Assembly (NCBI GenBank): GCA_016234445.1
Contig: JACRBT010000008.1
Coordinates: 9,109-73,108, forward strand
Direction: 5' to 3'
DNA: 64,000 nt
DNA from: Chloroflexota bacterium
Lineage (GTDB): Bacteria > Chloroflexota > Dehalococcoidia > Tepidiformales > Tepidiformaceae
The translations under genes were made by a program, and so were the position numbers. Shown here piece by piece: positions 8,160 to 17,554 of this stretch. Each line of letters opens with the position of its first letter. Within the stretch, counting starts at the first letter, position 1. The notes beneath the pieces are model-generated. The model searched no databases. It saw nothing but the letters and a program-made list of their open reading frames with translations, and was not told where the DNA came from.

Positions 8160-9359
8160 CTACGCTGCCAACGGCGCCGGCCGCAGCCGCCCGGAGAGTG
8201 CCAGCACGACCAGCCCCAGCGCCGCGACAGCCGCGCATGACGCCCCGAGGACGAACGGCGCCGAGACCGACACCTGGTCCCAGAGGATCCCGGCGGTGAT
8301 GCTCGCGGCCAGGGCGGCGATGCCGTTCACCCCCTGGAAGAGGCCCATCGCGCTCGACCGCGCGCTCTTCGGCACCATGTCCGCCACCAGCGCCTTCGAG
8401 ACGCCGTCGGTGAGGGCGATGTAGGCGCCGTAGATCATGAACAGCGGCCAGACGACCCCCTCCGACCCCGCCATCGCGAACCCGGCGTAGACCAGCGCGA
8501 AGACCACGTAGCCCGCCAGCATCACCCACACCCGCGGGACCCGGTCCGAGATGATCCCCGAGGGCAGGGAGAGCGCCGAGTAGACGACGTTGTAGGTCAC
8601 GTAGGCCAGCACCACCAGCGTCGTCGTCATCCCCAGGTCCTTCGACCGGAGGATGAGAAACGCGTCCGACGAGTTGCCCAGCATGAAGACGGTCGTCACG
8701 ATCAGCGCCAGCCAGAACGCCGCCGGGAGCTTGGGCGTCGGCAAGTGCGGGCCGGCCGCGGCGGGGTCGCCGTCAGGCTTTCGTTCGGGCAGCCAGCGCA
8801 GCACGAACACGGCCACGAACCCGGGCACCACCGCGAGGAGGATCACCATCCGCAGCGGCGCATCCGCCCAGAGGAAGACCAGTCCAATCAGCGGCCCAAA
8901 CACCGCGCCAAGGCTGTCCATCGAGCGGTGGAAGCCGAACACCCGGCCGCGGTGCTTCTCGTCCGTGAAGTCGGCGAGGAGCGCGTCGCGGGGGGCCGTC
9001 CGGATGCCCTTCCCGAAACGGTCCAGGGTCCGCCCGCCGAGCGCGACCCCCCAGGCCGGCGCGATCCCGAGCACCAGCTTCCCCAGCGCCGCCAGCGCGT
9101 ACCCCGCCACCACGAACGGTTTGCGCGCGTTCACGCGGTCCGACCAGCGCCCGGAGGCCAGCTTCGTCAGGTTCGCGGTGCCCTCGGCCACGCCTTCGGT
9201 GATCCCCACCGCGACCGCCGGCGCCCCCAGCGTCCCGGTGATGAAGAGCGGGATGATCGGATAGACCATCTCCCCCGAGAGGTCGGCGAAAAACGAGACG
9301 ACGCTCATGATCCAGACCGGCCGGGTGATCCCTTCGAGCCGCCGGTTTCGCAATCCCAC
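8160..9359 (-). CDS. MFS transporter
   Basis: 399 aa with about 12 hydrophobic helices and an MFS-like loop GRWSDRVNARKP. It starts directly after the stop of the upstream aminoacylase gene. Confidence 0.8.
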   Translation of the reverse strand: MGLRNRRLEGITRPVWIMSVVSFFADLSGEMVYPIIPLFITGTLGAPAVAVGITEGVAEGTANLTKLASGRWSDRVNARKPFVVAGYALAALGKLVLGIAPAWGVALGGRTLDRFGKGIRTAPRDALLADFTDEKHRGRVFGFHRSMDSLGAVFGPLIGLVFLWADAPLRMVILLAVVPGFVAVFVLRWLPERKPDGDPAAAGPHLPTPKLPAAFWLALIVTTVFMLGNSSDAFLILRSKDLGMTTTLVVLAYVTYNVVYSALSLPSGIISDRVPRVWVMLAGYVVFALVYAGFAMAGSEGVVWPLFMIYGAYIALTDGVSKALVADMVPKSARSSAMGLFQGVNGIAALAASITAGILWDQVSVSAPFVLGASCAAVAALGLVVLALSGRLRPAPLAA

Positions 9360-10874
9360 TCACATACCCCGGCGGAGCGCCCTGCCGGGCCGCGCGCCCG
9401 TATGGACGCCGGCGTCCGCCACCTGGACGCCGTTCACGAAGATCGCCCGGATGCCGTCCGGGAACTGGCAGGGGTCGTCGTAGGTGGCGCGGTCGCCGAT
9501 CGTCCCCGGGTCGAACACCACCAGGTCGGCGAAAGCCCCCTCCCTGACGAAGCCCCGGTCCTTGAGGCCGAACTTCACCGCCGGCATGCCCGTCATCTTG
9601 TGGACCGCCGTCGCCAGGCTGATGATCCCCTCGTCCCGGGCGTAGCGCCCCAGCACCCGCGGGAACGTCCCGTAGAGCCGGGGGTGCGGCTTGCTCCCGC
9701 CCGGAACCCCATCCGAGCCGATCATCGTCGTCGGGTGGGCCATCACCAACCGCACGTCGGCTTCGTCCATGGTTTCGATGACGACCGTCGTCCGCGCGCT
9801 CGCCTCCACCACCTTCTTCGCCGCGTCCTCGGCCGGCAGGTCGAAGAGGTCGGCCATCTCCCGGATCGACTTGCCTTCCCATCCGTGGTTCGCGGGGCAG
9901 AAGGCGATGTGCACCTTCGCGGGGTCCGCCCGACCGAGGCCGCCCTCCTCGCCGCGTTCGTTGAAGGCGTTGTTCTGCAGCACCGCGAAGAGCGAGGTGC
10001 TCCCGGCCGTGTACGGGTACTGGTCGGCCGTCACGTCCAGCCCTCGCGCTCGCGCCGCTTCGATCAGCCCGATCGACTCGCGCACCTTGCCCCAGTTGTC
10101 CGCGCCGCCCACCTTGTGGTGCGAAATCTCGACCGGCACGCCGCCCTCTTCGCCGACCCGGATTGCCTCGGCGACCGCCTCCAGGAGGTACTTGCCCTCG
10201 TTCCGCATGTGAGTCGCGTAGAGGCCGCGGCCGTCGAGCGCCCGGGCAAGCGCGATCACCTCCTCGGTGGCCGCGTACCGCCCCGGTTCGTAGATCAGGC
10301 CCGTCGAAAGGCCGACCGCGCCCGCCTCTATCCCTTCTTGCACGAAGGCCACCATCCGGGAAAGCTCCGCCGCGTCCGGCGCCCGTTCGGCGTTCCCAAG
10401 GACAGCCCGGCGGATGGTCCCGTGGCCGACGAGCGCGGCGATGTTCAGGCTCGGGCGGGTTGCGTCCACGCGCTCCAGGTAGCCCGCGTAGCCCTCCCAC
10501 GGCTCCATCTCCACTTCCGGCCCGATCGCCCGAAACATCGGCCGCGCCGCCTCAAACGGCGCCACCGCTGTCCCGCAGTTCCCGACGATGTCCGTGGTCA
10601 CCCCCTGCATCACTTTGCAGGGGTACTCTGGCTCCATCAGCACCGCCAGGTCGTCGTGCGAATGGACGTCGACGAAGCCCGGCGAAACCGCCAGCCCGGC
10701 GGCGTCGATCTCGTTCGCCCCCCGCCCGGGCACCTCCCCCACCGCGACGATCCGGTCGCCGCGCACAGCCACTTCCGCGCGCAGACCCGCGCTGCCGCTG
10801 CCGTCGAACACCATCCCCCCGCGGATCACCAGGTCGTAAGGTCCGCCCGCCGCCATGGTTGCCCTCCGCCGCAA
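9360..10874 (-). CDS. N-acyl-D-amino-acid deacylase (D-aminoacylase) family amidohydrolase
   Basis: DLVIRGGMVFDGSG and the metal motif SPGFVDVHSHDD, plus overall amidohydrolase organisation. An alternative start is ATG 10856. Confidence 0.8.
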   Translation of the reverse strand: MRRRATMAAGGPYDLVIRGGMVFDGSGSAGLRAEVAVRGDRIVAVGEVPGRGANEIDAAGLAVSPGFVDVHSHDDLAVLMEPEYPCKVMQGVTTDIVGNCGTAVAPFEAARPMFRAIGPEVEMEPWEGYAGYLERVDATRPSLNIAALVGHGTIRRAVLGNAERAPDAAELSRMVAFVQEGIEAGAVGLSTGLIYEPGRYAATEEVIALARALDGRGLYATHMRNEGKYLLEAVAEAIRVGEEGGVPVEISHHKVGGADNWGKVRESIGLIEAARARGLDVTADQYPYTAGSTSLFAVLQNNAFNERGEEGGLGRADPAKVHIAFCPANHGWEGKSIREMADLFDLPAEDAAKKVVEASARTTVVIETMDEADVRLVMAHPTTMIGSDGVPGGSKPHPRLYGTFPRVLGRYARDEGIISLATAVHKMTGMPAVKFGLKDRGFVREGAFADLVVFDPGTIGDRATYDDPCQFPDGIRAIFVNGVQVADAGVHTGARPGRALRRGM

Positions 10875-11060
10875 ACTCGCCCCGAACGGTGCGACCGCGA
10901 AGAGGCAGTGTCAAACGCAACCCTGCGGCGCCAGTCCGCTCTCCCCGCTCAGGCGATACCGCGCGAGCCAACTCGACCTGCAGCCGGAACATGCTCCCGC
11001 CCGTCCGCCTGCTGCCGGAAGCCGCGCCGCCGGCGCACCGCCCTCCCCGGCGGAGGGAGG

Positions 11061-12164
11061 CTAATCGCAGTAGTCGGTGAGGCCGACTTCGATGTACAGG
11101 CTCAAGAACGCCGACCAGTAGTACCAGCGGGAGGCGCAGTTCGACCAGTCGTAGTTGGCGTATCCGTTTTCAAAGGACATCTGCCAGATGGTGCCGCCGA
11201 TGGAGCCGCCATCATTCAGGGGATATCCAAGGTAGTACATACCGTCCTTGCCGGTCGCCCAGGGGTCCGTGTAGGGACCCAGCAGCCCGCGGCTCATGAA
11301 GACAGCAAAGCTCGACGACGAGTCCTTGAAGACCGCGTGCTCACCGTTGCCAGATCCTGTCCCCTTGAACGTCTGCACGCGCCCGGCCCGGCTCGCGCCG
11401 TTGACGTCGGTGAAATTGCACGGGTACCAGCCCGGCGTTGCCGACGACCCGCACGTCGTCGCCGGAGATCGACCCGGCGTCCAGGACGAAATGCTGGCGG
11501 TGGAGCCGACCACGTCCCACTTGCCCGCGGACCAGTACTTCTGCCGGATGGGGTCGTCGTAGACGATTGGGTTGGCCTCCGAGTAGCCTGCTGAACGGTT
11601 GTCTGAGGTACACGTTAGGCAGCCGCCGACCGGACAGTCCGCACCTCCGTTATCCCAACCAGTGTGGCTGTTCATCGTAAATGGGGCGCTTGTCGTCCCG
11701 GTGGTATTCGTATTCTTCTGGAAATGAACATGTATGCCGTCGCAACGACCGGTGCAGCCAGCCGTGCCGATCTGAAATCCCTGGGGTACGTTGGTTCCCG
11801 TAAACCCATTGCAAGTGACTAAATGAGCGTAGAGAGAGGATGTACTCCCGTGCGTGATACGCACAAAGTTTCCAAATGACGGGTCATCCGTGGTGCAGGT
11901 GGCGTATCCATCTGATGCCGCATAGACCAGCTGCGTCGGGCTCGGATCATATCGGACGTCTATTGCATAAAAGAGCCCGCTGGCTGACGTGTGGCTGGTG
12001 GCACCGTTCCAGCCCTGGCTCATTTTCCAGGCTACGTCTTTCGCCCATGGCCACCGGTAGAACTCCCACCGGTTGTTGTTGTGGTCGGCAAGAGAGGAAT
12101 CCGGGAGCCCGATGGCGATGATAAGCAGCCCAACGGCAAACGCGATTCTTCGCAGGGTGTTCAT
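11061..12164 (-). CDS. Secreted M23 (lysostaphin-type) metallopeptidase with a C-terminal LGFP-like putative wall-binding region
   Basis: Signal peptide MNTLRRIAFAVGLLIIAIG. M23 elements are SH..(x)..AIDV, SLYAHL and GIHVHF. The C-terminus carries YYLGYPL...GGTIWQMSFENG. The region is lower in GC than the flanks. Confidence 0.7.
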   Translation of the reverse strand: MNTLRRIAFAVGLLIIAIGLPDSSLADHNNNRWEFYRWPWAKDVAWKMSQGWNGATSHTSASGLFYAIDVRYDPSPTQLVYAASDGYATCTTDDPSFGNFVRITHGSTSSLYAHLVTCNGFTGTNVPQGFQIGTAGCTGRCDGIHVHFQKNTNTTGTTSAPFTMNSHTGWDNGGADCPVGGCLTCTSDNRSAGYSEANPIVYDDPIRQKYWSAGKWDVVGSTASISSWTPGRSPATTCGSSATPGWYPCNFTDVNGASRAGRVQTFKGTGSGNGEHAVFKDSSSSFAVFMSRGLLGPYTDPWATGKDGMYYLGYPLNDGGSIGGTIWQMSFENGYANYDWSNCASRWYYWSAFLSLYIEVGLTDYCD

Positions 12165-12892
12165 TTCAACGCGATCCCCGTGAGCAAGGCCATCGCTTCA
12201 GCAAGGGTCTTAAGGTCCGCGGGCAGCGCCACATGCACGGCGGCCACGAGATACCCGCCCCTTGGGCTTGGCGCCGAAACAAACAGCGTAAGGGCACCGA
12301 TTCCCGGGTCCAATCCGACACCGTCGCGGAACTGCGTGCCGATAATCTCAGCGTCGCGCCCACTGATGCTCCGGACGAACCGCACTTGATGGAACATCCC
12401 CGAGTCATCTCTGCCGACCGAGTAGGTCACCAGGGCGGTTTCGGTGCGGATGTCCGCCCACACGTCGCCCGGCGACGGTGAGAACTCCCCAGGAGTTGCC
12501 GGGAGGTTCGCAACCTTGAGCACCTTGGCGTAGTCACCGATAACCTTCTCGCCCAGGTAATCGTGCTGCTCCCGTGTCGTGACCGTCCATGACGCCGGGG
12601 CACGGACCGTGAGCTCACCCCGGGGGCCCGCGTAGGCCACCCATTCCTTCGTGTCCACCGGCGGCAGCGTCGCCGGGTCGAAACGTTCCGCAACGTCGAG
12701 CTTCGCGTCGTTCGCGACGGAGGTCGCGCTTGGGTTGGCGGTGACGCTGGCATCGCCCGCGGCGGCGGTGGGCGCTGCGCTCGGGCCCGTATCCGACAAC
12801 GGGCCGCTTGTGACCAGGATAATCCCGGTGGCCGTGGCGCCACCGAGAATTCCCGCAGTCGCGAGACCGACCATGAGCCATGAAGGAATCAT
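12161..12892 (-). CDS. Membrane-anchored hypothetical protein (N-terminal TM, extracytoplasmic domain)
   Basis: 243 aa. The N-terminal helix is WLMVGLATAGILGGATATGIILV, followed by an Ala/Ser/Thr linker. It overlaps the M23 gene start by 4 nt, suggesting an operon. Confidence 0.55.
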   Translation of the reverse strand: MIPSWLMVGLATAGILGGATATGIILVTSGPLSDTGPSAAPTAAAGDASVTANPSATSVANDAKLDVAERFDPATLPPVDTKEWVAYAGPRGELTVRAPASWTVTTREQHDYLGEKVIGDYAKVLKVANLPATPGEFSPSPGDVWADIRTETALVTYSVGRDDSGMFHQVRFVRSISGRDAEIIGTQFRDGVGLDPGIGALTLFVSAPSPRGGYLVAAVHVALPADLKTLAEAMALLTGIALK

Positions 12893-13055
12893 GATTTCGT
12901 CGCCTCCGTCTTGCTAGACGTTCTTCTGCACAGCCTGTGGGAAGTCATGGAACGAGTCTCGCCCCGGCGCGGCCGCCTGGCAATATGGACGTTTGTCACT
13001 ATGTACATTTCGCGCCACGTTGCTACCATGGCCGTCAGCGGGCGAGGAGAATGGG

Positions 13056-13289
13056 TTGACGGTGCAGCATTCCCGCAGGCACGACGGCACCCCGTGGCCG
13101 GTCGTGCCGTCGCGCTACCTCCCGGTCCTCCGCCTGCTCGCCCTCGGCCTGCCAAACAAGCAGATCGCCGCCCGTTCTGGACTTGCCGACGGCACCGTGC
13201 GCAACTACATCTCCCAGCTCATCGCCATCTTCGGAGTCGCCAACCGCACCCAGCTCGCGATCGAAGCCGAACACTATCTCGCTGCCTGA
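13056..13289 (+). CDS. Stand-alone LuxR/GerE-type HTH regulator
   Basis: The C-terminal part of ORF 12993..13289 reads LPVLRLLALGLPNKQIAARSGLADGTVRNYISQLIAIFGVANRTQLA. TTG 13056 is preceded by GAGGAG. The start is uncertain; the longest version begins at 12993. Confidence 0.7.
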   Translation: MTVQHSRRHDGTPWPVVPSRYLPVLRLLALGLPNKQIAARSGLADGTVRNYISQLIAIFGVANRTQLAIEAEHYLAA

Positions 13290-13311
13290 TCACCTGGCGT
13301 CTGTCGCTTGC

Positions 13312-14877
13312 CTACGGCCGGAAGCCGCGGCGCTTGGGGCCTAGCCGCGTCGCTTCGAGTTCGTAGGCAAGGCCCACCCATTCGCAGAGCAGCGGCCGCG
13401 TCTCCCGCGGGTCGATGATCTGCTCAATCCCGAACGTCTCCGCCGTCCGGAAGGGCGACCGCACCCGGTTCAGCTTCTCCTCCAGCTCCCGGCGCATCGC
13501 ATCCGGGTCCGGCGAGGCCGCGAGGTCGCGCTTGTAGGCCGCCTCGATCCCGCCTTCCACCGGCAGGCTGCCCCAGTCGCCGCTCGGCCAGGCGTAGCGC
13601 CAGTTCAGGCCGTCGGTGTTCGCGTGGGCGGCGCCCGCCACCCCAAACGCCCGCCGGATGAGGATGGTCACCCACGGCACCGTCGCCTGGAACACCGCCG
13701 CCATCGCGCTCGCCCCCTTGCGGATGGTCGCCGCCTTCTCCCCCGCCGTGCCGATGACGAACCCCGGCTGGTCGAGCAGGTTCACGGCCGGCAGGTGGAA
13801 GGTGTCGCAGAGGTCGACGAAGCGCGCCATCTTCTCGCTCCCGTCGGCCGTCAGCCCGCCGCCCCACTCGTAGGGGTCGTTCGAAATCACGCCCACCGGG
13901 TAGCCATCGAGCCGGGCGAACCCGGTGACCCCCGACCGTCCCCAGCCGCCACCGATTTCGAAGAACGAGCCCCGGTCGAAGATGGCGTCGATCACCTGGC
14001 GGACCTTGTAGGGCCGCCGCCGCTGCCGGGGGATGGCGCTCAGGAGCCATTCGTCCCGGCGCCCGGGGTCGTCCGTGGGCTCGGCCCGGGGTGGCTGCTG
14101 CCAGACGTTCTGGGGCATGTACGAAAGGAACTGGCGGACCTGGCGGAAGGCGTCCGCTTCGTCCTCGGCAAGGTTGTCGCAGACCCCGTTGTGGTAGTGA
14201 ATCTGGGCGCCGCCGAGCTCTTCCTTCGTGACCGTTTCGCCCATGCCCCGGGCGACCACCGGCGGCCCCGCGACGAACACCTGGGCCGTGTCCTTGACGA
14301 TGATCGACCAGTGTGAGGTGACCACCCGGGCAGCGCCGAGGCCCGCCGTGCTCCCCATCGCCGCCGACACGACCGGCACCTCGTTCAGCATCTCCACGAC
14401 CGTCGACCAGGCGGGGTTCGCCGGGACATAGGTCGCCCGCATCGTCTCCAGCGTCCGCACGCTGCCGCCACCCCCGGTGCCGTCCACGAGCCGGACGATC
14501 GGCAGCCGCATTTCGCGCGCCATCTTTTCGCCGTAGCTCTGCTTCCCGCCGATGGAGGCATCGGCCGCGCCGCCGCGGACCGTGAAGTCGTCGCCACCCA
14601 CCACCACCCGTCGCCCGTTGATCCGCCCCAGCCCCATGACGAAGTTCGCCGGGCGGATGGAGACCAGGTTCCCGTCCTCGTCGTATTCGGCCTTGCCGGC
14701 CAGCGCGCCCGTCTCCGCGAAGCTCCCTTCGTCGAGGAGACCGGCGATCCGCTCGCGCACGGTGAGCTTGCCGCCGTCGTGCTGGCGCTTCACGTTCTCT
14801 TCGCCGCCCATCAGTTCGGCCAGCTCCTGGCGGCGCTTCAGCTCCTCGATTTCGGGTTCCCAGACCATCCGCGTCAC
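13312..14877 (-). CDS. Acyl-CoA carboxylase carboxyltransferase (beta) subunit
   Basis: 521 aa. The translation reads KLTVRERIAGLLDEGSFAETG, GGDDFTVRGGAADAS and RLVDGTGGGGSV, which is typical of the carboxyltransferase family. Confidence 0.85.
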   Translation of the reverse strand: MTRMVWEPEIEELKRRQELAELMGGEENVKRQHDGGKLTVRERIAGLLDEGSFAETGALAGKAEYDEDGNLVSIRPANFVMGLGRINGRRVVVGGDDFTVRGGAADASIGGKQSYGEKMAREMRLPIVRLVDGTGGGGSVRTLETMRATYVPANPAWSTVVEMLNEVPVVSAAMGSTAGLGAARVVTSHWSIIVKDTAQVFVAGPPVVARGMGETVTKEELGGAQIHYHNGVCDNLAEDEADAFRQVRQFLSYMPQNVWQQPPRAEPTDDPGRRDEWLLSAIPRQRRRPYKVRQVIDAIFDRGSFFEIGGGWGRSGVTGFARLDGYPVGVISNDPYEWGGGLTADGSEKMARFVDLCDTFHLPAVNLLDQPGFVIGTAGEKAATIRKGASAMAAVFQATVPWVTILIRRAFGVAGAAHANTDGLNWRYAWPSGDWGSLPVEGGIEAAYKRDLAASPDPDAMRRELEEKLNRVRSPFRTAETFGIEQIIDPRETRPLLCEWVGLAYELEATRLGPKRRGFRP

Positions 14878-14964
14878 CCCTCGTCCGTTCGTTCGCAGGA
14901 GGGATGTTACGCCCGGCCGCCGCGCCGGTCGCGCGCGCTATACTGCGCTGCAGGAGTCGCCGCG

Positions 14965-15315
14965 ATGTCACCTCCACAGAAGAAACGCTCCTACACGTCC
15001 GACACCGTCTACGTCGACGCCTTCCTCAAAGGGCTGGAGGAAGGCAAGGCGGCCGCGGGCGACAGCGCCGCCCAGGCTCCTCCACGGCAGAAGCAGGCGC
15101 CCAACATCACCCAGACGCTGCGCCTGGTCTCGCTCCTCCGCCGCCAGCCGCTGCCCACGTCCGAGCTCTTCCACCTGAGCGAACTCGGCCTCGGGGAATT
15201 CGCCGCAGCCCTGGCGAGCCTGAAAGGGGAAGGGCTCGTGGAGGCCGCCCCCGCCGCCCAGGGCGCCGACGAGATCCTCTCCCTGACGCCTGCCGGGGCC
15301 GCACTCGTTTCCTAG
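14965..15315 (+). CDS. Small winged-helix-like hypothetical protein
   Basis: ATG 14965 within ORF 14779..15315. The C-terminal part is MarR-like (TSELFHLSELGLGEFAAALASLKGEGLVE). Confidence 0.45.
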   Translation: MSPPQKKRSYTSDTVYVDAFLKGLEEGKAAAGDSAAQAPPRQKQAPNITQTLRLVSLLRRQPLPTSELFHLSELGLGEFAAALASLKGEGLVEAAPAAQGADEILSLTPAGAALVS

Positions 15316-15324
15316 GAGCCGCGC

Positions 15325-15999
15325 ATGGACGCCTGGCCCGACTACACCGCCGTTACCGTCATCGGGCTGGCCGTCGGCGCCGCGGAGACGCTGACGCGGC
15401 ATCGCGGCCGCTCCTTCGACGTCCTCTGGTCGTGGTGGTCGGCCGTCTACATCCTCCTCAACGCCGCCATCTCCCTCGTCGCCCTCTTCGGGATCCGGCG
15501 GCTGGGCTGGGACTTCGGCCTCGACGACGGCTCCCCGGAGCGCTGGGCGCAGGTCTCCGCCGCCGGCTTCGGGGCGATGACCCTCCTCCGGTCGTCCGTC
15601 GTCCTGGCCCGGGAAGAGAGCGGCAACGACATCGGCATCGGGCCCGCCGGCATCGTCCAGATCGTCCTCGACCGGATCGACCACGCCATCGCCACCGAGC
15701 GCATCGAGGAAGTGGCCAGGCAGGCCCGCGAGCTGATGGCGGACGTCGACTACGAGAAGGCCCACAAGGACCTGCCCGTCCAGTGCGCCAACCTCCTCCT
15801 CGCCGACACCGGCGGCGCCCCCGGCGAAGAAGACATGGCCCGCATCGGCCGGACCGTCGGCCGCTGGGCCTCGCTCCCCGAACAGGCGCGCAAGGTCAAC
15901 CTCGGCATTTTCCTCATCGACGAATTCGGCGAAAAGATCGTCCGCCTCGCGAAGCAGGACCTGATGAAGGCAATCGGGAACGCCAGCCCCGAAGGCTGA
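15325..15999 (+). CDS. Hypothetical membrane protein (N-terminal TM helices, helical cytoplasmic C-terminal domain)
   Basis: 224 aa, starting 10 nt after the previous gene. Hydrophobic helices include AVTVIGLAVGAA and WWSAVYILLNAAISLVALFG. No catalytic motif was seen. Confidence 0.5.
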   Translation: MDAWPDYTAVTVIGLAVGAAETLTRHRGRSFDVLWSWWSAVYILLNAAISLVALFGIRRLGWDFGLDDGSPERWAQVSAAGFGAMTLLRSSVVLAREESGNDIGIGPAGIVQIVLDRIDHAIATERIEEVARQARELMADVDYEKAHKDLPVQCANLLLADTGGAPGEEDMARIGRTVGRWASLPEQARKVNLGIFLIDEFGEKIVRLAKQDLMKAIGNASPEG

Positions 16000-16018
16000 G
16001 TCCTCGCTGTCCCCCGCG

Positions 16019-16327
16019 CTACAGGTGGATCAACTCGGTCGCGACCTCCACCACTTCCGCGTCCAGCCGCCACTCTTCCACAGCCCGGGCAATCGCCTGC
16101 AATTGGCTGTCGGCGTGGCCGCTGTCGTTCGAAGCCACCACCGCCGCGATGGTCGCGCGGCCCGGCGTGTCGAGGTCGCCCACTTCCGCCACGGACGCGT
16201 TGAACCGCCCGCGCAGCCGCTCGACGACAGACTTCACGATCGAGCGCTTCTCCTTCAGCGTCTCCGCCGGCAACGCCAGCCGGACCGTCAGGACGCCGAT
16301 CGTCGTCGCCGGGCCGTCGCCGTTCAC
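16019..16327 (-). CDS. DUF503 (YlxP-like) protein
   Basis: 102 aa with IGVLTVRLALPAETLKEKRSIVKSVVERLRGRFNASVAEVGD, which is typical of DUF503. Confidence 0.7.
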   Translation of the reverse strand: MNGDGPATTIGVLTVRLALPAETLKEKRSIVKSVVERLRGRFNASVAEVGDLDTPGRATIAAVVASNDSGHADSQLQAIARAVEEWRLDAEVVEVATELIHL

Positions 16328-16929
16328 TGGCCCATGAAGGTCGCCCCATCGACCGGGGGTTCGCTCTCTTCCGGGAGCGGCGGGAGTTCCGCCGGGCTAC
16401 GAATCCCGAAGTGTTCGAGGAACTTCATCGTCGTGCGATAGAGCACCGGCCGGCCCGGGCCTTCACCGCGGCCGCTGTTGTCGATCAGGCCCCGCTGCTC
16501 GAGCGTCGCCACGAGGCGGTCGCTGTTCACGCCCCGGATGGCTTCGATCTCGGCCCGCGTGCAGGGCTGCTTGTAGGCGATGATCGTCAGCGTTTCGAGG
16601 GCCGCTCGTGTCAGCCGTTGCCCCGGCCCGGTGCCCAGCAGCGCTTCGATGAACGGCGCGTAGTCCGGGGCGGTGACCAACCGGTAGTGCCCGGCGTCTT
16701 CCACCAGCCGCAGCCCGCGCACTTCGTAGTCCGCCTTCAACTGGTCGATGGCCCGCCGCGCCGTCACTTCGCCCACGCCGGCCGCCCGGGCGAGGGCCGC
16801 CAGCGACTGGGGCTCCTCGGAGACGAACAGCATCGCCTCGATCACCCACGGCAGTTCGCCGGAAGGAGCCTTTCGCCGTTCGGGCTCAGCGCCCGCTGTC
16901 GCCTGTGCTTTCGTCACCTGTCCCTGCAT
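16324..16929 (-). CDS. scpB: Segregation and condensation protein B
   Basis: IEAMLFVSEEPQSL, LTRAALETLTIIAYKQPCTRAEIEAIRGVNSD and GRPVLYRTTMKFLEHFG. Confidence 0.85.
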   Translation of the reverse strand: MQGQVTKAQATAGAEPERRKAPSGELPWVIEAMLFVSEEPQSLAALARAAGVGEVTARRAIDQLKADYEVRGLRLVEDAGHYRLVTAPDYAPFIEALLGTGPGQRLTRAALETLTIIAYKQPCTRAEIEAIRGVNSDRLVATLEQRGLIDNSGRGEGPGRPVLYRTTMKFLEHFGIRSPAELPPLPEESEPPVDGATFMGQ

Positions 16930-17554
16930 CCCCCGTCGTGCTGGCCGCCGGCGGTTGGGCTTCCTGCTGGGGCTTCGTCCGCCCCACCAGGCCCGCGGGC
17001 CGCGCGCTCAGGTCATCGTAGCGGATTCGCACGGACGGTCGACGGATGTCCGCGACCCCCACCTGCTCGCTGAGCACCCGCCTGGTCGCCTCCGAAGCCG
17101 AAGCCGTCACCTGCGAAATCACCGCGCTCGCCTCGATCGCAAGGTCCAGGTCCGTCGCCACCGCTCCCTTTTCGAGCCGGACTGCGGGGATTGCCCTGCG
17201 AATGTCGGGCAGGCTTTCGAGTTCGTCGCGGATCAGCATCTCCATCGCCTCGGCCGTCACCTCCACGTAACCGCCGTCGGCCTGGCGCATGCGAAGACTG
17301 TCGCCCCGCCGCTTCCGCGCCGGCAGGAACGCCAGGATCAGCGTCAGCAGCCCCAGCAGCCCGATCGCCGCGAGGATGCCCGTGAAGACCCAGCGCTCGG
17401 CGTCGTGGGTGTCGATCAGCGCCTGGAGGTTGAAGTCGCGCACCTGGAGGTCGAGCTTGTCCTCGTCGTCCCAGGCCAGCAGGCCGAACCCCGCGGCGGC
17501 CGCCAGCAAGAGCAGGCTGTAGAACGCCAGCATTCCCCGGGTAAGGATGTTCAT
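16886..17554 (-). CDS. Membrane protein, possibly Asp23-associated anchor (AmaP)-like
   Basis: 222 aa with two N-terminal TM helices and a low-complexity acidic tail. The family assignment is tentative. It overlaps mtaB by 4 nt. Confidence 0.45.
   Translation of the reverse strand: MNILTRGMLAFYSLLLLAAAAGFGLLAWDDEDKLDLQVRDFNLQALIDTHDAERWVFTGILAAIGLLGLLTLILAFLPARKRRGDSLRMRQADGGYVEVTAEAMEMLIRDELESLPDIRRAIPAVRLEKGAVATDLDLAIEASAVISQVTASASEATRRVLSEQVGVADIRRPSVRIRYDDLSARPAGLVGRTKPQQEAQPPAASTTGDAGTGDESTGDSGR

Noticed and set aside
8745-11594. 949-aa plus-strand ORF spanning the MFS, D-aminoacylase and M23 loci
   Set aside because: The composition is extremely Arg/Pro/Gly/His-rich and there are no motifs. 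It lies antisense to three genes with clear family signatures. It is a typical high-GC shadow ORF.
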